Notes: generated by a model from the letters alone, not told the origin. DNA of 64,000 bases from Felis catus (GCF_018350175.1 NC_058369.1:7194001-7258000), one strand, 5' to 3'; shown: positions 1-13,748, counted from the first letter of the stretch. Made by a program: numbers and translations.

Positions 1-666
1 TCTTTTATTAATGTGGTGTATCACTTTGATTGACTTGCAAATACTGAATCAGTCCTGCAGCCCAGGAATAAACCCCACTTGATCATGGTGTGGATAATTA
101 ATTTAATGTACTGTTGAATTTATTTTGCTAGTATCTTGTCAAGAATTTTTGCACCCAGGATCATCAGGGATATTGGCCTGTAATTCTCCTTTTCACTGGG
201 GTCTAAGTCTGGTTTTGGAATCAAGATAATGCTGGTTTCATAGAATGAATTTGGAAGCTTTCTTTCCATTTCTGTTTTTGGAACCGTTTAAGAATAGGTA
301 TTAACTCTGCTTTAAATGTCTGATAGAATTCCCCTGGGAAGCCATCTGGCCCAGGACTCTTGTTTGTTGGGAGATTTTAGATAACTAATTCATTTATTTT
401 CTGGTTATGGGCCTGTTCAAATTTTCTATTTCTTCCTGTTTCAGTTTTGATAGTTTGTATGTTTCTAGGAATTTGTCCATTTCTTCCAGATTGCCCAGTT
501 TGTTGGCATATAATTTTTCATAGTGTTCTCTTATAATTGTTTGTATTTCTGTGGTGTTGTTTGTGATCTCTCCTCTTTCACTTTTGATTTTGTCAATTTG
601 GGTCCTTTCTCATTTTGAGAAGTCTGGCTAGGAGTTTATCAATTTTGTTAATTCTTTTTTTTTTAA

Positions 667-1101
667 TTTTTAAATTAAAAAATTTTTTTAAATTTATTTT
701 TGAAGGAGAGAGAGACAGAGCACGAGCGAGGGAAGGGCAGAGAGAGAGAGGGAGACACAGAATTCGAAGCAGGCTCCAGGCTCTGAGCTGTCAGCACAGA
801 GCCCAATATGGGACTTGAACTCATGAAATGTGAGATCATGACCTGAGCAGAAGTTGGACATTTAACCGGCTGAGCCACCTAGGTGCCCCTAAATTTTTTT
901 TAATGTTTATTTATTTTTGAGAGAGAGACAGAGAGAGAGTACGAGCAGGGGAGAGGCAGAGAGAGAGAGAGGGAGACACAGAATCTGAAGCAGGCTCCAG
1001 GCTCTGAGCTGTCAGCACAGAGCCGGACCCGGGGCTTGAGCTCACAAACCATGAGATCATGACCTGAGCCGAGGTCCGCCACTTAACTGACTGAGTACCC
1101 C
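667..1101 (-). mobile_element. Two tandem Can-SINEs (SINEC) inserted in the L1
   Basis: Reverse complement gives the tRNA-like head GGGGCACCTAGGTGGCTCAG, a (CT)n tract and an A-rich tail, twice. Confidence 0.9.
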
Positions 1102-3647
1102 GATTTTGTCAATTCTTTGAAAGAACCAACCAACAACCAGTTTTGTTGATCTGGTTTTCCTATTTCTGTATTATTTATTTCTGCTCTAATCCTTATAATT
1201 TCCCTCCTGCTGGCTTTAGGCTTTATTTGCTGTTCTTTTTCTAGCTCCTTCAGGTGTAAGGTTAGATTGTGTATTTGGGACCTTTCTCACTTCTTGAGAT
1301 AGGCCTGAACTGCAATATACTTTCTTCTTAGGATTGTATTTGCTGCATTCCAAAGGGTTTGGATTGTCGTGTTTTCATTTTCATTGGTTTCCATGTACTT
1401 TTATTCTTGAATTTCCTGGTTAACTCATTCACTCTTTAGTAAGATGTTATTGAACCTCCATGTATTTGAGGGCTTTCAAAATTTTTTCTTGTGGTTGACT
1501 TCAAGTTCATAGTATTGTGATCTAATAATATGAATGGTATGATCTCAATCTTTTTGTACCTGTTTAGGACTGACTTGTGATCCAGTATGTGATCTATTCT
1601 GGAGAATGTTTCATGTGCACTCGAGAAAAATGTGTATTCTGCTGTTTTAGGATGAAATGTTATGAATATATCTATGAAGTCTCTCCAGCCCTGTGTGTCA
1701 TCCAAAGCCAGTTTCCTTGTTGATTTTCTGTTTAGATGATCTGTCCGTTGTTGTAAGTGGGGTGTTGAAGTCCCCTACTATTATTGTATTATTATCAACT
1801 AGTTTCTTCATGTTTGTGATCAATTGATTTATATATGTGGTTTCTCCCACTTTGGGGGCATAAATATTTACAGTTGTTAGATCTTCTTGATGAATAGACC
1901 CCTTAGTTATGATATAATGCCCTTCTTCATCTCTTGTTATAGTCTTTGTTTTAGAATCTAGTTTGTCTGATATAAGTATGGCTACTCTGGCTTTCCTTTG
2001 ACATCCATTAGCATGATAGATGGTTCTCCATCCCCTCACTTTCAATCTGCAGGTGTCTTTAGGTCTAAACTGAGTCTCTTGTAGGCAACAAATAGACAGA
2101 TTTTTTTAATCCATTCTGATACACGTGTCTTTTGATTGGAACATTTAGTCCATTACATTCAAAGCGATTATTGAAAGATATGAATTTAGTGCCATTGTGT
2201 TGCTTGCAGAGTTGGTGGTTTTGGTGATGTTCTCTGGTCCTTTGTAGCTTTTTCGCTTTGGTTTTTTGTTTTTTGTTTGTTTGTTTGTTTGTTTTTCCTT
2301 CCACTCAGAGAGTCCCCCTTAAAATTTCTTACTGATTTAGTGGTCACAAACTCCTTTAGCCTTTGTTTGGGAAAATTCTTTATCTCTCCTTCTATTCTGA
2401 ATGACAGCCTTACTGGATAAAGGATTCTCGGTTGCATATTTTTCCTATCAGCACATTGAATATTCCCTGCCACTCTCTTCTGGCCTGCCAAGTTTCTGTG
2501 GACAAGTCTTCTGCTAACCTTATGTGTCTACCCTTCTAGGTTAAGGACTTTTTGTCCCTAGCTGCTTTCAGAATTCTCATTTTATCTTTGTATTTTATAA
2601 GTTTCACTATGATATGTCATGGTGTTGACTTATTTTTGATTTTGAGGGGAGTTCTCTGTGCCTCTTGGACTTGAATGCCTATGTCCTTCCCCAGATTCGG
2701 GAAGTTCTCAGTTATATTTTGTTCAAATTAAACTTCTACCCCCTCTTCCTGCTGTTCTGGGACTTCTGTGATATGGATATTGTTTCATTTTATAGAATCA
2801 CTAAGTTCCCTAAGCCTACCTTCACGATCTAACAGCTTTCTTTCCCTCTTCAGCTTTATTATTTTCCATTTTTATCTCCTATATCATATATTCTCTCCTC
2901 TGCTTTTTCAGTCCTTGTTATGACTGTATCCAGTTGGTTTTGCATCTCAGTTATAGCATTTTTTTTATTTCAACCTGACTTTAGTTTGTAGGTCTTTGAT
3001 CCTTGAAGCAAGGAATTCTCTGGTGTCTTCTGTGATTTTTTCAGGCCCAGCTAGTTGTCTCCATGACTGTTGTTCTAAATTTCTGTTCAGATAGCAAGTC
3101 CCTTGCTGGGGTTTCTTTTGACCTTTCTTTTGGGGAAAATTCCTCCTTCTTGTCATTTTTGCTAAGTTTCTGTCTTTTGTGTGTTTTGAAAGCTTGTTAT
3201 GTATCCTGCACCTGAGAATAATGCTGTATTAGAAAGGGGTCATACACTGCCCAGGGCCTGACACTTCAGGAAGTGTTTCTGGTATATGCTGTGTGCACTC
3301 TGTTGTTGCATTTTGGCTGCTCTTTCCCATTGGAAAGAGCTCCTCCTTGCTTGGAGTGGGGAGTGTTTGGACCTTTACCTAGGTATGCTTTGATTCTTTG
3401 TTAGAATAAGCGGGTGGGGGGGGGGGAGCCTGATCCCAAGAAAAGGAAAGGAAATAAAGAAAAACAAATAGAGAATCAAACACATGTAAGACTGATTCCA
3501 AAGAAAAGGGGGAGGGGAGGAGGGGAGAAAGAAAATCAAAATTCAAGCCTGATCCAAAAAAGAAAGAAAAGGAAATGAAACAAACAAACAAGAAACCCTG
3601 AGCCTGATTCCAAAGAAAAAAAAAGAAGAAAGAAAAAAAGTAAGCCC

Positions 3648-3985
3648 AGGGGCTCCTGGGTGGCTCAGTAGGTTGAGCATCTGACTTTGGCTCAGGTCAT
3701 GATCTCACACTCCGTGAGTTCGAGCCCCGCATCGGGCTCTGTGCTGACAGCTCAGCCTGGAGCCTGTTTCAGATTCTGTGTCTCCCTCTCTCTCTCTGAC
3801 CCTCCCCTGTTCAAGCTCTGTCTCTCTCTGTCTCAAAAAATAAACAAACAAACAAACAAACGTTAAAAAGAATTCTCTGTGTGTGTCTCTCTGCCCCTCC
3901 CCCACTCACACACTCTGCCTCTCTCTCTCTCTCTCTCTCAAAAATAAACATTAAAAAAAAAAAAAGAAAAGAAAAGAAAAAAAGT
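3648..3985 (+). mobile_element. Can-SINE plus a partial second SINE 3' end in the L1 5'UTR
   Basis: GGGGCTCCTGGGTGGCTCAG head, CT tract and AATAAA/poly-A. AAAAAAGTAAGCC flanks both sides. Confidence 0.85.
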
Positions 3986-4558
3986 AAGCCTGGTCCTATT
4001 TCCACCAGAACTGCAGGTGTCATTTTGAAGCACTTGATTTTCAGTACACTTGGTGCATGCAGGGTGCTGGCCATGCTGGTCTGATGTAGGAGAGTCCCAC
4101 TGCGTTGGCTCAGCGTCAGTCTTGGCCCAGTAAATAAGCAGTTGCCGGGCCCAGGGGGATGGAGTTCGGTGTCAGCAGGGCCCACCTCCACTGGGGGCCG
4201 CTTTGCTGCCCTCCGAAGTCCCACCCTGCTGGTGTTGGGGGTAAATGGCGCCACCCCAATCTCATCCCTGAACAGAGGATCTCACAGCCTCCGCTGTTCA
4301 GGCAGCCCTCACAGAATAGCAAGGGCAGTCAGCTTGCCCTGCGCCACAGCTCTCCTGCTTTTTTTCTTTGGTGTGACTGGCATTCAGAACTCGAAGTCTT
4401 AAAGGACCCAGCACCACACGGATCCACTCCCCTCTTCTGGTGTAGAACCTCTCCACGCTCTGCCTGAAGTCCTTTGTCCCTGAATAATAGTACCATGTCT
4501 GCTGCCTGCACAGTGCATAGAATCTATGATGTAGCACCACTAAAATCAGCAAAGGTTA

Positions 4559-4755
4559 GGGGCATCTGGGTGGCTGAGTCGGTTGAGTGACTGACTTCGG
4601 CCTAGGTCATGATCTTGCTGTTCCTGAGTTCAAGCCCCGCATCAGGCTCTGTGCTGACAGCTCAGAGCCTGGAGCCTGCTTTGGATTCTGTCTCCCTCTC
4701 TCTCTCCATCTCTCTCTCTCTCTCTCAAAAATAAATAAACATTTTAAAAAATATA
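4559..4755 (+). mobile_element. Can-SINE with target-site duplication
   Basis: SINE head and tail flanked by TAAAATCAGCAAAGGTTA on both sides. Confidence 0.88.
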
Positions 4756-5595
4756 ATAATTAATTAAAATCAGCAAAGGTTAAATTTCCTCAGGGTGTGC
4801 CCCTGTCCCCTGCAATGAAAGGCCTTTTGCTGCCGCCTGCAGGGTCTTTTGTCCTTGAGGATAAGTATGCTACAAGTATGCCAGGAAAGAAAATGTTTTT
4901 TCCCAGTGTGCCCCAAAATCACTACCCCATGCTGTGCACTCTGGGGGCCAGCTCCCTCTCCCTAGGAGCACGCACCACAGCTCCACTCTGAAGAAAGTTG
5001 CACACTTCCAAAACCTCAGAATGTGAGCTCCAAACACTGCCAAAAAAAAAAAAAAAAAAAAAAACCTGTGACTGTCAGTACTTGCTCCCCAGTCTGTGGT
5101 CCACAGAGGTTTTCCTGCACTCTCTTAGCCCCTCTCTCTTTCTCCATTTTGTCTCTCCAGGGAAAGGGTTTCCTCCCTCTCCACCGCACCAATTTTTCCT
5201 CTCCCCCATTTCACTTCCATGCACCTCACACCTGCCATACTGTCTCCCTCCAGCTGTGGAGATCCTTCTGCCGGTCTGCAGATTGATTTCCTGGGTGTTC
5301 CAATTGATCTGACCTGAATACAACTGTGATTGAGGGACAAGGAAAGCCCCGGATTCCCCTACTTCTCCACCATCTTAACTCTTCCCCCCATATTGTTTTT
5401 GAAGTATGTATCACTTTGGTTTTTGTTCATCCCCCTCTCCTTTCTCCTTTTTATTTTCTTTTTAATTCCATTGACTTAGTGGAGATACTAAGTCATTTGT
5501 CCTTAAAATGTTCTCCATTATATATTTGGCTGATATCATGTCTTTGTGTTTAACTTGTTGATCCCTATATTTCCTGTTAAAAGTAGCTAGTCTAG

Positions 5596-5800
5596 GGGCG
5601 CCTGGGTGGCGCAGTCGGTTAAGCGTCCGACTTCAGCCAGGTCACGATCTCGCGGTCCGTGAGTTCGAGCCCCGCGTCGGGCTCTGGGCTGATGGCTCGG
5701 AGCCTGGAGCCTGTTTCCAATTCTGTGTCTCCCTCTCTCTCTGCCCCTCCCCCGTTCATGCTCTGTCTCTCTCTGTCCCAAAAATAAATAAACGTTAAAA
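5596..5800 (+). mobile_element. Young felid SINE (SINEC_Fc-like)
   Basis: CpG-rich body GGGGCGCCTGGGTGGCGCAGTCGGTTAAGCGTCCGACTTCAGCCAGG, with perfect TSD AAAAGTAGCTAGTCTAG (5579-5595 and 5798-5814). Confidence 0.93.
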
Positions 5801-6671
5801 AGTAGCTAGTCTAGAAGCTTGACTAGATTCAGGCTTGATGTCATAAATTCGCTCTTAAACTAACGGAGATGTTTTAACTGGATTTAGGATTCTAAGTTGA
5901 TGGTTATTTTTTCTTGGCACAGTGAGGGGACTGTTCTGCTCTTGTGTGACATCCATTATTGCTGTCAGAACTGGGTCGTCGCTTGTTTCTCCTTTTTGGA
6001 TGATTTTTGTTTTCCCCTGGCTGCTCTTAAGATGGTGGGCAAAAAATTAAACACCGAAGAAGAAAAAAATTACAATGAATCTAGGTGTGGATTTCTTTTT
6101 ATTCATCCAGCTTGGGATTTATTGTGCTTTCAGAATCTAAAGGTTAGTGTCATTTACTAATACTAGGAAATTTGTAGCTAGTTTCTTATCAAACGGTGCT
6201 AACAAAGTTCTAATCTGGTTAGAACTTTGCATTGAGTTTCTTTCTGACTTCATGAGTATATTTTTCCTTTCCAGAAGTTATATTAGCTTTCTTAAATTGC
6301 TTGACTATCTTTATAGCATCTTACTCCATATTCATCTGAGTTTCTCTTAATTTAACAGTTTTTTATATTCCCTGTCTAAAAAGTTGAATATCTGAAGTAG
6401 TATTTTTTGCCTTTACTTCCTGCTGTGTTTTTGGCTGCTTTTCTTTCATGGTACATTGTGTATTTGCATTTATAACATTTTAAAGTGTTATAAACTTTAT
6501 AAAGTGTAATTTATAACATTTTAAAGTTCTCAATTTACTTAGAACTTTATGTGAGGGAATTTTTTGAGGCTTGGCTTGAAGTTGAGTTTTCCAGAGATAA
6601 GTCCATTTGCTCATACTAATTGCAATTAGTGTGGCAATGCCACCTAGGACCCTCTTGAAATGAAATCATGC

Positions 6672-6898
6672 TTTTTAAAAAGATTGTTTAATGTTTATTT
6701 TTGAGAGAGAGAGAGAGAGAATACGAGCAGAGAGGGGCAGAGAGAGAGAGAGGGAAACACAGAACTCAAAGCAAGCTCTGGGCTCCAGGCTCCACCCTGT
6801 CAGCACAAAGCCCGACACAGGGCTCAAACTCACAAACTGTGAGATCATGACCTGAGCTGAAGTCGGATGCTTAACTGACTGAGCCACCCAGGCGCCCT
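6672..6898 (-). mobile_element. Can-SINE
   Basis: Reverse-complement SINE head ending CCACCCAGGCGCCC, with (GA)n and a T-rich tail. Confidence 0.88.
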
Positions 6899-7290
6899 CG
6901 AAATGAAATTATTCTTGGTGTTTTCTGGACTACACGAAGAATGTGAATTTGGACTAAAACCTAAGATTTGCTTTTGCTACTGAATCTGATGCCAGGGTCT
7001 AGACAGGTGCACATCCTCAATGTCCCTTTCTGCATGGAAGGTTTTTCTTTTCCTTAAAAGTTTTAATTATGGACTTTCAAACATACTCAGGAGTCAAGAG
7101 TGCTATGATAAAGTCTCCCTGTACTCATCACCCAGCTTCAGTGATTACCACTGCTTGCCATTCTTATAATGTCTGTTCCTCCCTTTGTATATTATTACTG
7201 AGTTTTATTTTCCTGTTAGAACAAATATCAGACATCATATCATTTTACCCATAATTTGAGTTGTCTCTCTAATAAGAGAAAAGGACGTGT

Positions 7291-7960
7291 AGGGCGCCTG
7301 GGTGGCTTAGTTGGTTAAGCATCCAGCTCTTCTTTTCAGCTCAGGTCATGATCTCACGGTTGGTGGGATCAGTCCCTGCATCGGGCCCTGTCCCGACAGC
7401 ACTGAGCCTGCTTGGGATTTTCTCTCTCCCTCTCTCTGACCCTCCCCTGCTCATGTTCCCTTGCTCGCTCTCTCTGTCTCTCAAAATAAATAAACATTAA
7501 AGAAATAATGGGCACCTGGGTGGCGCAGTCGGTTAAGCGTCCGACTTCAGCCAGGTCACGATCTCGCGGTCCGGGAGTTCGAGCCCCGCGTCAGGCTCTG
7601 GGCTGATGGCTCGGAGCCTGGAGCCTGTTTCCGATTCTGTGTCTCCCTCTTTCTCTGCCCCTCCCCCATTCATGCTCTGTCTCTCTCTGTCCCAAAAATA
7701 AAAATAAAAACGTTGAAAAAAAAAATAAAAAAAAAAAAAAGAAATAATAATGGGGCACCTGGGTGGCATAGTTGGTTAAGCATCCAACTCTTGGTTTCAG
7801 TTTAGGTCATGACCTGACAGTTGATGACTTCAAGCCCTGCGTCAGGCTCTGTGCTGACAGTGCAGGGAGTGCTGACTCCCTCTCTCTCTGCTTCTTTCTG
7901 CCTCTCTCTCCAAATAAATAAATGAACTTTAAAAATTTTAAATAATAATAATAAAGTAAA
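7291..7960 (+). mobile_element. Three head-to-tail Can-SINEs; the middle copy is young
   Basis: Three consecutive GGGC(G/A)CCTGGGTGGC heads at ~7292, ~7510 and ~7752, each with a CT tract and A tail. Confidence 0.9.
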
Positions 7961-9119
7961 AGGAAAGGACAACATGAGGATATAACTACCTAACCCGGTT
8001 TGGGGCTAAACGAGGAAGGGAGAGCTGTTACAGATCAAGAGACTAAGGAGGCAATCCACTAATAAAAATAAATGTTTAACAGAAGTTTTTAGCATTGTCA
8101 CAATACCGTTATCACACTCCCTAAATGAACATTTCTTGATATTTTCAGTGGTCTTTGGCTACAAGTAGTTGCACAGGTTGGGTCTGTCACTCCTTGCAGC
8201 AAGGCAGAATGCACAGCATTGTGCACCGGGGGACCTCTCAGTCCAAGGGTGTTAGACCTCCAGGGTGTGAGCTCGTGGCAGGTGCTCTTGGTGGAGGGTT
8301 CCGGATTAGATGTTGTCAGGAAGTGAGGGCAATTCTGCCATCGAATTTATTAGTAAAGCTTACCAAGAAGGAGGGAAAATAAACCAGGGTGAAGCTGTAA
8401 TTGATAAGGAAGCAGCGTTGTTCATTTCGGCCAGAAAGGGGGCACGCTGAGTCATTTCTGAGGCCTAGATAATGTTCTGTGTTCAGACATGACTACAGAA
8501 CAGCCCTGTTGTGTCTTCGTATGCCGTGGTCAGAGTGGCCGTGTCTGCTGTTGCTGTTCTGTGACGTCGTTCATGTTCAATAGAACACACAGGCCTCGCT
8601 GATGGTCCCAGGGCTGCTCCTGGATGTCAGGGGCTGCTTTTCTCTTTGCCAGTATCATCTAATACCCAGTCTGTGTTCAGTTCCCTCAGAATGTCTCAAA
8701 GTGTGTTTCTGCAGTTGGTGTTATTGGAATCGAGATGGAAGGTCCACATGCTTCTGTGAGCTGTTACAAGTCCTTCCTGTCTGTCCCCCAGACTGGGTTT
8801 GGCTGCTTGTATCTTCGTGATATCATCTTATATATCTTCATGATGTTAACATGTCCCCTCAGACTCTTTCTTCTGTAAATTGCTAATTAGATGAAAGGAT
8901 TTGTCAGGGTTTTTGTTTTTTTTTTGGCAAAAGTACTTTATAGATGGTGCTGTTTCTTTTTACATCATATCAGAACTTACCTGCTATCCAGACATCGTCT
9001 TTGTGATGTTAAGATTTATCACTTGGTTCCAGTGTCAGCTTGATCCTTCCTTGATAAAGGTTCCCAGCTTATCTATACAGTCTCCAATTATCCCCCTAGT
9101 TAATAAGACTCCTCATTAA

Positions 9120-9495
9120 TTACAAAAGGAGAAAATGGTAACTTCATAGAAAAACCTGTGGCATGCCACCTTAACCAACTGACCATAGTTCTCACCTATA
9201 ATGAGACAGACTGGCACCTAAGGCCTCCTAAGGTGGCACGCTGAGGAGGACACTCATCAGTCAGGTAGTCCTTCATCCAAAACTGAACTTCCTGGGGCAC
9301 CTGGGTGGCTCAGTCGGTTGAGCGTCCGACTTCAGCTCAGGTCATGATCTCACAGCTCATGAGTTCGAGACCCGCATCGGGCTCTGGGCTGACGGCTCAG
9401 AGCCTGGAGCCTGTTTCAGATTCTGTGTCTCCCTCTCTCTCTGCCCCAACCCACTCACATTCTGTTTCTGTCTCTCTCAAAAATAAATAAACATC

Positions 9496-9526
<31 letters not shown>

Positions 9527-10420
9527 CTGAACTTCCTGAATCTAATCATGAGAAAACATCAGAAAAGCCAAAACTGAGGTGGAATCCGTCAAACATCGGA
9601 CCTGGACTCTTTGTATCTTGAAAGATGAAGAAAGGCTGAGGGATGGGTTCCGATTAAAGAAGCATAAAGAACCATGGTTTGAGGGCATGATGCCGTATGG
9701 GAAATTTAAAAAGTGATTGCTGGAGGGGCACCCAGCTGGCTCAGTCAGTTGAGCGGCCAACTCTTGATTTCTTTGGATTCTCTGTCGCCCTCTTTCTCTC
9801 TGTGCCCCTCCCCCCAGTAAATAAATACACTTTAAAAAAGGTGATTGCTGGAGCACCTGGGTGGCTATCAATTAAGCGTCCGGCCTAGGCTCCGGTCATG
9901 AGCTCACGGTTCATGAGTTCAAGCCCCACGTTGGGCTTTGTGCTGACAGCTCAGAGCCTGAAGCCGGCTTTGGATTCTGTGTCTCCTTCTCTGTCTCTGC
10001 CCTACTCCTGCTTGCACTCTGTCTCTCTCTGTCTCTCAAAAATGAATAAACGTTAAAAAAACTGAAAAACAAAAAAAGATGATTGCTATAAAGGATATTA
10101 CTGGACCAGTTAGTGATATTCTGCATAGAGAGTGTATAATATTAAATCCATGTTTAAATGTTCCTGATTTTGATCACTGCGGTTATGTTAGAGAATGTCC
10201 AAGTTCCTGGGCCACTCTGAAGTATGTAGGAGAAAAGGGTCATGGAATCTGATATTTCTTCTCGAATAGATTCTTCTCAATAACATTCTTGCTGAAGCAC
10301 AGAGGAAATGGGGGGGGGGGGGGGAGAGAAGACAAATTTTAATGGCAAAGAATCTGTGGAAGTCTATATTCACACAGATCTTTCTTCCTTTTAGTTTTAA
10401 CATATTTTCAAAATTGAAAA
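9120..10420 (+). mobile_element. Old L1 3' fragment (L1MC-like) interrupted by three Can-SINEs (~9294-9525, ~9725-9840, ~9850-10078)
   Basis: CTGAATCTAATCATGAGAAAACATCAGAAAAGCCAAAACTGAGG resembles L1MC 3' ends as I recall them. The SINE heads and tails are clear. Confidence 0.6.
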
Positions 10421-10819
10421 CTATAAGTAAACATCCCCATTCTCTTTTCCCCTAATAATTGAGTAACCACTGATTGTTATTGCTTAGATTCATTAATTTA
10501 CTATTGGTTGCAAAAGGTGACTTTCTGACTCTAGCATTTTCTTTATAATAAACAAAGCTTATAAAGCGTGTACAATTCTTGTATAAAGAAGAACTCTTCC
10601 CCATCACAACAACTTAGCAGTCGTAAACTATTGTTCATAAAGGAGAGAGAGACACATGCTTGATTCTTGCCTCTCATGAATTTTCAGAATTATGACTTGA
10701 TATCCTGGCCTTCTCCAATACTGACCATTAAGGTTTTTTTAAAATATCATTATGAACTCATGATTTTGTTTTACATTTGATGATTTCAATTGACTGCAGT
10801 CATTATTTATTAAATTGTT

Positions 10820-11298
10820 CTTTTCTTTTTTAAGATTTTATTTTTTTGAGTAATCTCTATACCCAGCATGGGGCTCAAACTCACAACCCTGAGATCAAGA
10901 GTCACACGCTCTTCTGACTGAGCCAGCTGGGGGCCCCTAAATTATTCCATCTTAAGCCAAGGAGAGCTCCTTTAAGTTTTCTCCTGTGTATTTTTGACAC
11001 AACTCCATTAGCCTTTGCTGGGATTCTTATTTTCTGCTATAAGATATTCCAGACTTGGGGCACCTGGGTGGCTCAGTCGGTTAAGCGTCCGACTTCAGCT
11101 CAGGTCATGATCTCGCAGTTTGTGAGTTCGAGCCCTGCATCAGGCTCCATGCTGACAGCTCAGAGCCTGGAGCCTGCTTCAGATTCTTTGTCTCTCTCTC
11201 TCTCTCTCTCTCTGCCCCTTCCCCATTCACACTCTGTCTCTCCCTCTCTCTCTCAAATAGATAAATAAATAAACATTAAAAAAAATAACTTAAAAAAG
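10820..11298. mobile_element. Short minus-strand SINE (~10820-10938) and plus-strand Can-SINE (~11057-11298)
   Basis: SINE heads and tails. TSD-like AAGAT(A/G)TTCCAGACT flanks the second element. Confidence 0.85.
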
Positions 11299-11720
11299 AT
11301 GTTCCAGACTCACCTTGAACACTTCACGTTCTGCACTGGACTCAGCTATTTCTCAAATGAGCCTTGGTTTCTTTCATGGGCAAGTGACATTTAGAGGCAT
11401 TCTGGAACTAGTGGGGGCTCATTGTCCTTGCAATGCCTATTGGCCCTAGACATTTTTAGGAGTTTGGCCCAGAAAAAAAGTTTAAAAAGAAAAAGAACAT
11501 ATTAGATTTCTAATTCCTAGTTCTTGGATAGGGAGATAAACTCTTAAGGTGAACTGTACTGTGTGTGTGGGTGTGTGGTCCCTCTGAAGCTAGTATGAGG
11601 AAGCTTCTAGGTTGTAAGCGTTGAATATCTGTCAAGCCTAGACTTTCGTGGCTTCTGTCTTCTCTAGGTCGGCTTGCTCAGAACCCTGTCTGGTGACGAG
11701 GGAGACACACAAGAGGAAGA

Positions 11721-11753
11721 ATGGCTGCAGGATTGCTGACCACCTGGTCACAG
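11721..11753 (+). CDS. ZNF177: ZNF177 coding exon 1 (MAAGLLTTWSQ); the exon probably starts at 11668
   Basis: Acceptor TCTTCTCTAG|11668, ATG at 11721 and donor CAG|GTATAT at 11754. Matches the human ZNF177 N-terminus MAAGWLTTWSQ as I recall it. Confidence 0.85.
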
Positions 11754-12361
11754 GTATATAGGAAATTATTCTGTTTCAAAGAAAAAAATGCTGTTTCCAA
11801 AGGATACGTGTCTTGCCCACAACCCACAGCTTCCAGCGGGCTGGCCTCAGGCTTTCCCAGTTCTTTGGGCGTCTCAGAACAAGAGAAAGAATGCCTTTGG
11901 AAAGGCTTCTATTACTACAACATTTGTAAATTTTTTGTTTTTTTCCAGATATTCCTCCAGGTTGAGTATTCGTTCCATATTCTGCAGGGTGCTATGAAGG
12001 AAAAGAGATTTTTCACTAGGAAAATCATTCATTTTCCAAGTATTTTTCTCCTCCTGCAGTATGGTCAGTCTGTACTGGATCTTGACTAAGACTGGAAGGG
12101 TCCTCACAACCTACTGGGTGGAAATATCAGGTCAACTATGTGTTAGAAAAGCTGCTAAAAGCTTGAGTCTGGATGAGGTGGTCCAGGCAAGGAGAGCAAA
12201 AGAGGAGAGTTCCAAGAACTGAGCCTTGGGGTAGATAACAGGAGGCCTTCAGAGCACAACTGCACTTCCCAAGCAGTGCGCTGGTCTCCTTCCTCGGTCC
12301 TGGCAGCCTCTCCCACCATTCTTTTGCTACATAGTTAGAAATGGGCCTTGGCTGAGCCTGA

Positions 12362-12661
<300 letters not shown>

Positions 12662-12954
12662 TAAAAATGCATTGATTTCATTTTCAGTATTATTACAACA
12701 TTTAGGTAATTGCAGTGTGTATTTGTTCTTGGGTTTGGGTGTCAAGGGTCTGTTCCATGTGGACAGGGCGTTATGTAGGTGTTTGTTTGGGGGACCTTGT
12801 GGAAAAGTTTGGATCTGATTCCTTTGTCACTCCTGAAGTGGTACTTGCCTGGCTTCAGAATCCTTTAGTATCAAAGTATTGGAACCACTTTTGTGGACAG
12901 ACTTCTTGTCTCCTTCACAGTCCTCCCACCTCACGTGTCTTTCTCTACGAGCAG

Positions 12955-13047
12955 GGTACCCTCTCTGCAAGCACAGTCTGATCACTGAGGTGGGGCAGGA
13001 AGCACTGAGCACAGAGGAGAGAGGAATGCTCCAAGGTGCCTGTGTAG
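12955..13047 (+). CDS. ZNF177: ZNF177 KRAB-B-type exon
   Basis: GAGCAG|...|GTGAGT, 93 nt, phase 1-1, encoding GYPLCKHSLITEVGQEALSTEERGMLQGACV. Confidence 0.9.
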
Positions 13048-13231
13048 GTGAGTCCCAGGCAGAAGGGAGTCATTGTGTGGAGCAGCCATAGCTGATGTGG
13101 GATGGTCCTTTTAGGAATGTCGATTTGTGTTGACAACACTGAGGCCATTATTTGAACTTTCCCTCCTTGACCATCTCTCCCCTCATTCATATCTTCGTGT
13201 GGTCTCAGAGAAAAAAAAAAAAAAAACTGGG

Positions 13232-13407
13232 TTTTTTTCTTCTTTTTTTTTAATATTTCTTTTTGAGAGAGCATAAGCAGGGGAGGGCCAGAGAAAGAAG
13301 GAGAGAGAGGATCCAAAGCGGGGCTTCGGGGCTCAAACTCATGAACCGGGAGATCATGACCTGTACCAGAGTCAGACAGTCAACCAACTAAGCCACCCAG
13401 GCGCCCT
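13232..13407 (-). mobile_element. Can-SINE in a ZNF177 intron
   Basis: Reverse-complement SINE ending CCACCCAGGCGCCC. Confidence 0.82.
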
Positions 13408-13748
13408 GAGAAAAATACTGTTTTAATTCCTCTGTAAATTTTACTTTGAGTACTTTTTGTGCCATTCTCCCTACTTTGCTTTCCAGATAATATACTCTCC
13501 TATTGTCTCAAACCTCCAGAATCCTTTCTAAGTAAAACACTTCCCATTCCATTGCTCATTCCTATCAATGGCATCTTCTCAAAGAACCGAGTTCCTAGAA
13601 TAATTTCTCTGGTCATGGGTTACATCTTCTGTTTCACATTTCCTCTCTATATTTAGTGTTATTGAAAACACATCTATGGGGTGCCTGTGTCCTTTCTTCT
13701 GTTATCCCTATTTTTTTATCCAATAGTTATAAAAATTTTCAATTTCAG

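Larger units (their letters stand above)
1..5389 (-). mobile_element. Decayed carnivore LINE-1 (5'UTR, ORF1 and the 5' part of ORF2), running off the left edge and interrupted by SINEs
   Basis: The minus strand begins GGGGGAAGAGTTAAGATGGTGGAGAAGTAG at ~5389, a carnivore L1 5' end. ORF1-like fragments: 2965-3156 (MTRRRNFPQKK) and 2186-2491 (MQPRILYP). ORF2 starts MALNSYLSII at 2195, with endonuclease fragments 1698-2045 (IVGDFNTPL) and 1436-1705 (SRIDHIL) and RT-proximal HDQVGFIPG near 60-90. Many frameshifts. Confidence 0.92.

Noticed and set aside
615..1082. Recurrent short ORFs such as MAQSVKRPTSAQVMIS and GAPGWRSRLSVRLQPG across the window
   Set aside because: These are translations of Can-SINE copies, not a gene family or a CRISPR-like array; the copies are dispersed and have tails and TSDs.
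1..5389. Possible active L1
   Set aside because: ORF1 and ORF2 are fragmented by stops and frameshifts and interrupted by several SINEs.
5596..5680. tRNA genes
   Set aside because: The tRNA-like A/B boxes are SINE heads followed by CT tracts and poly-A.
5400..11660. ZNF177 promoter
   Set aside because: No CpG island or convincing promoter is visible here. It probably lies to the left of the window.
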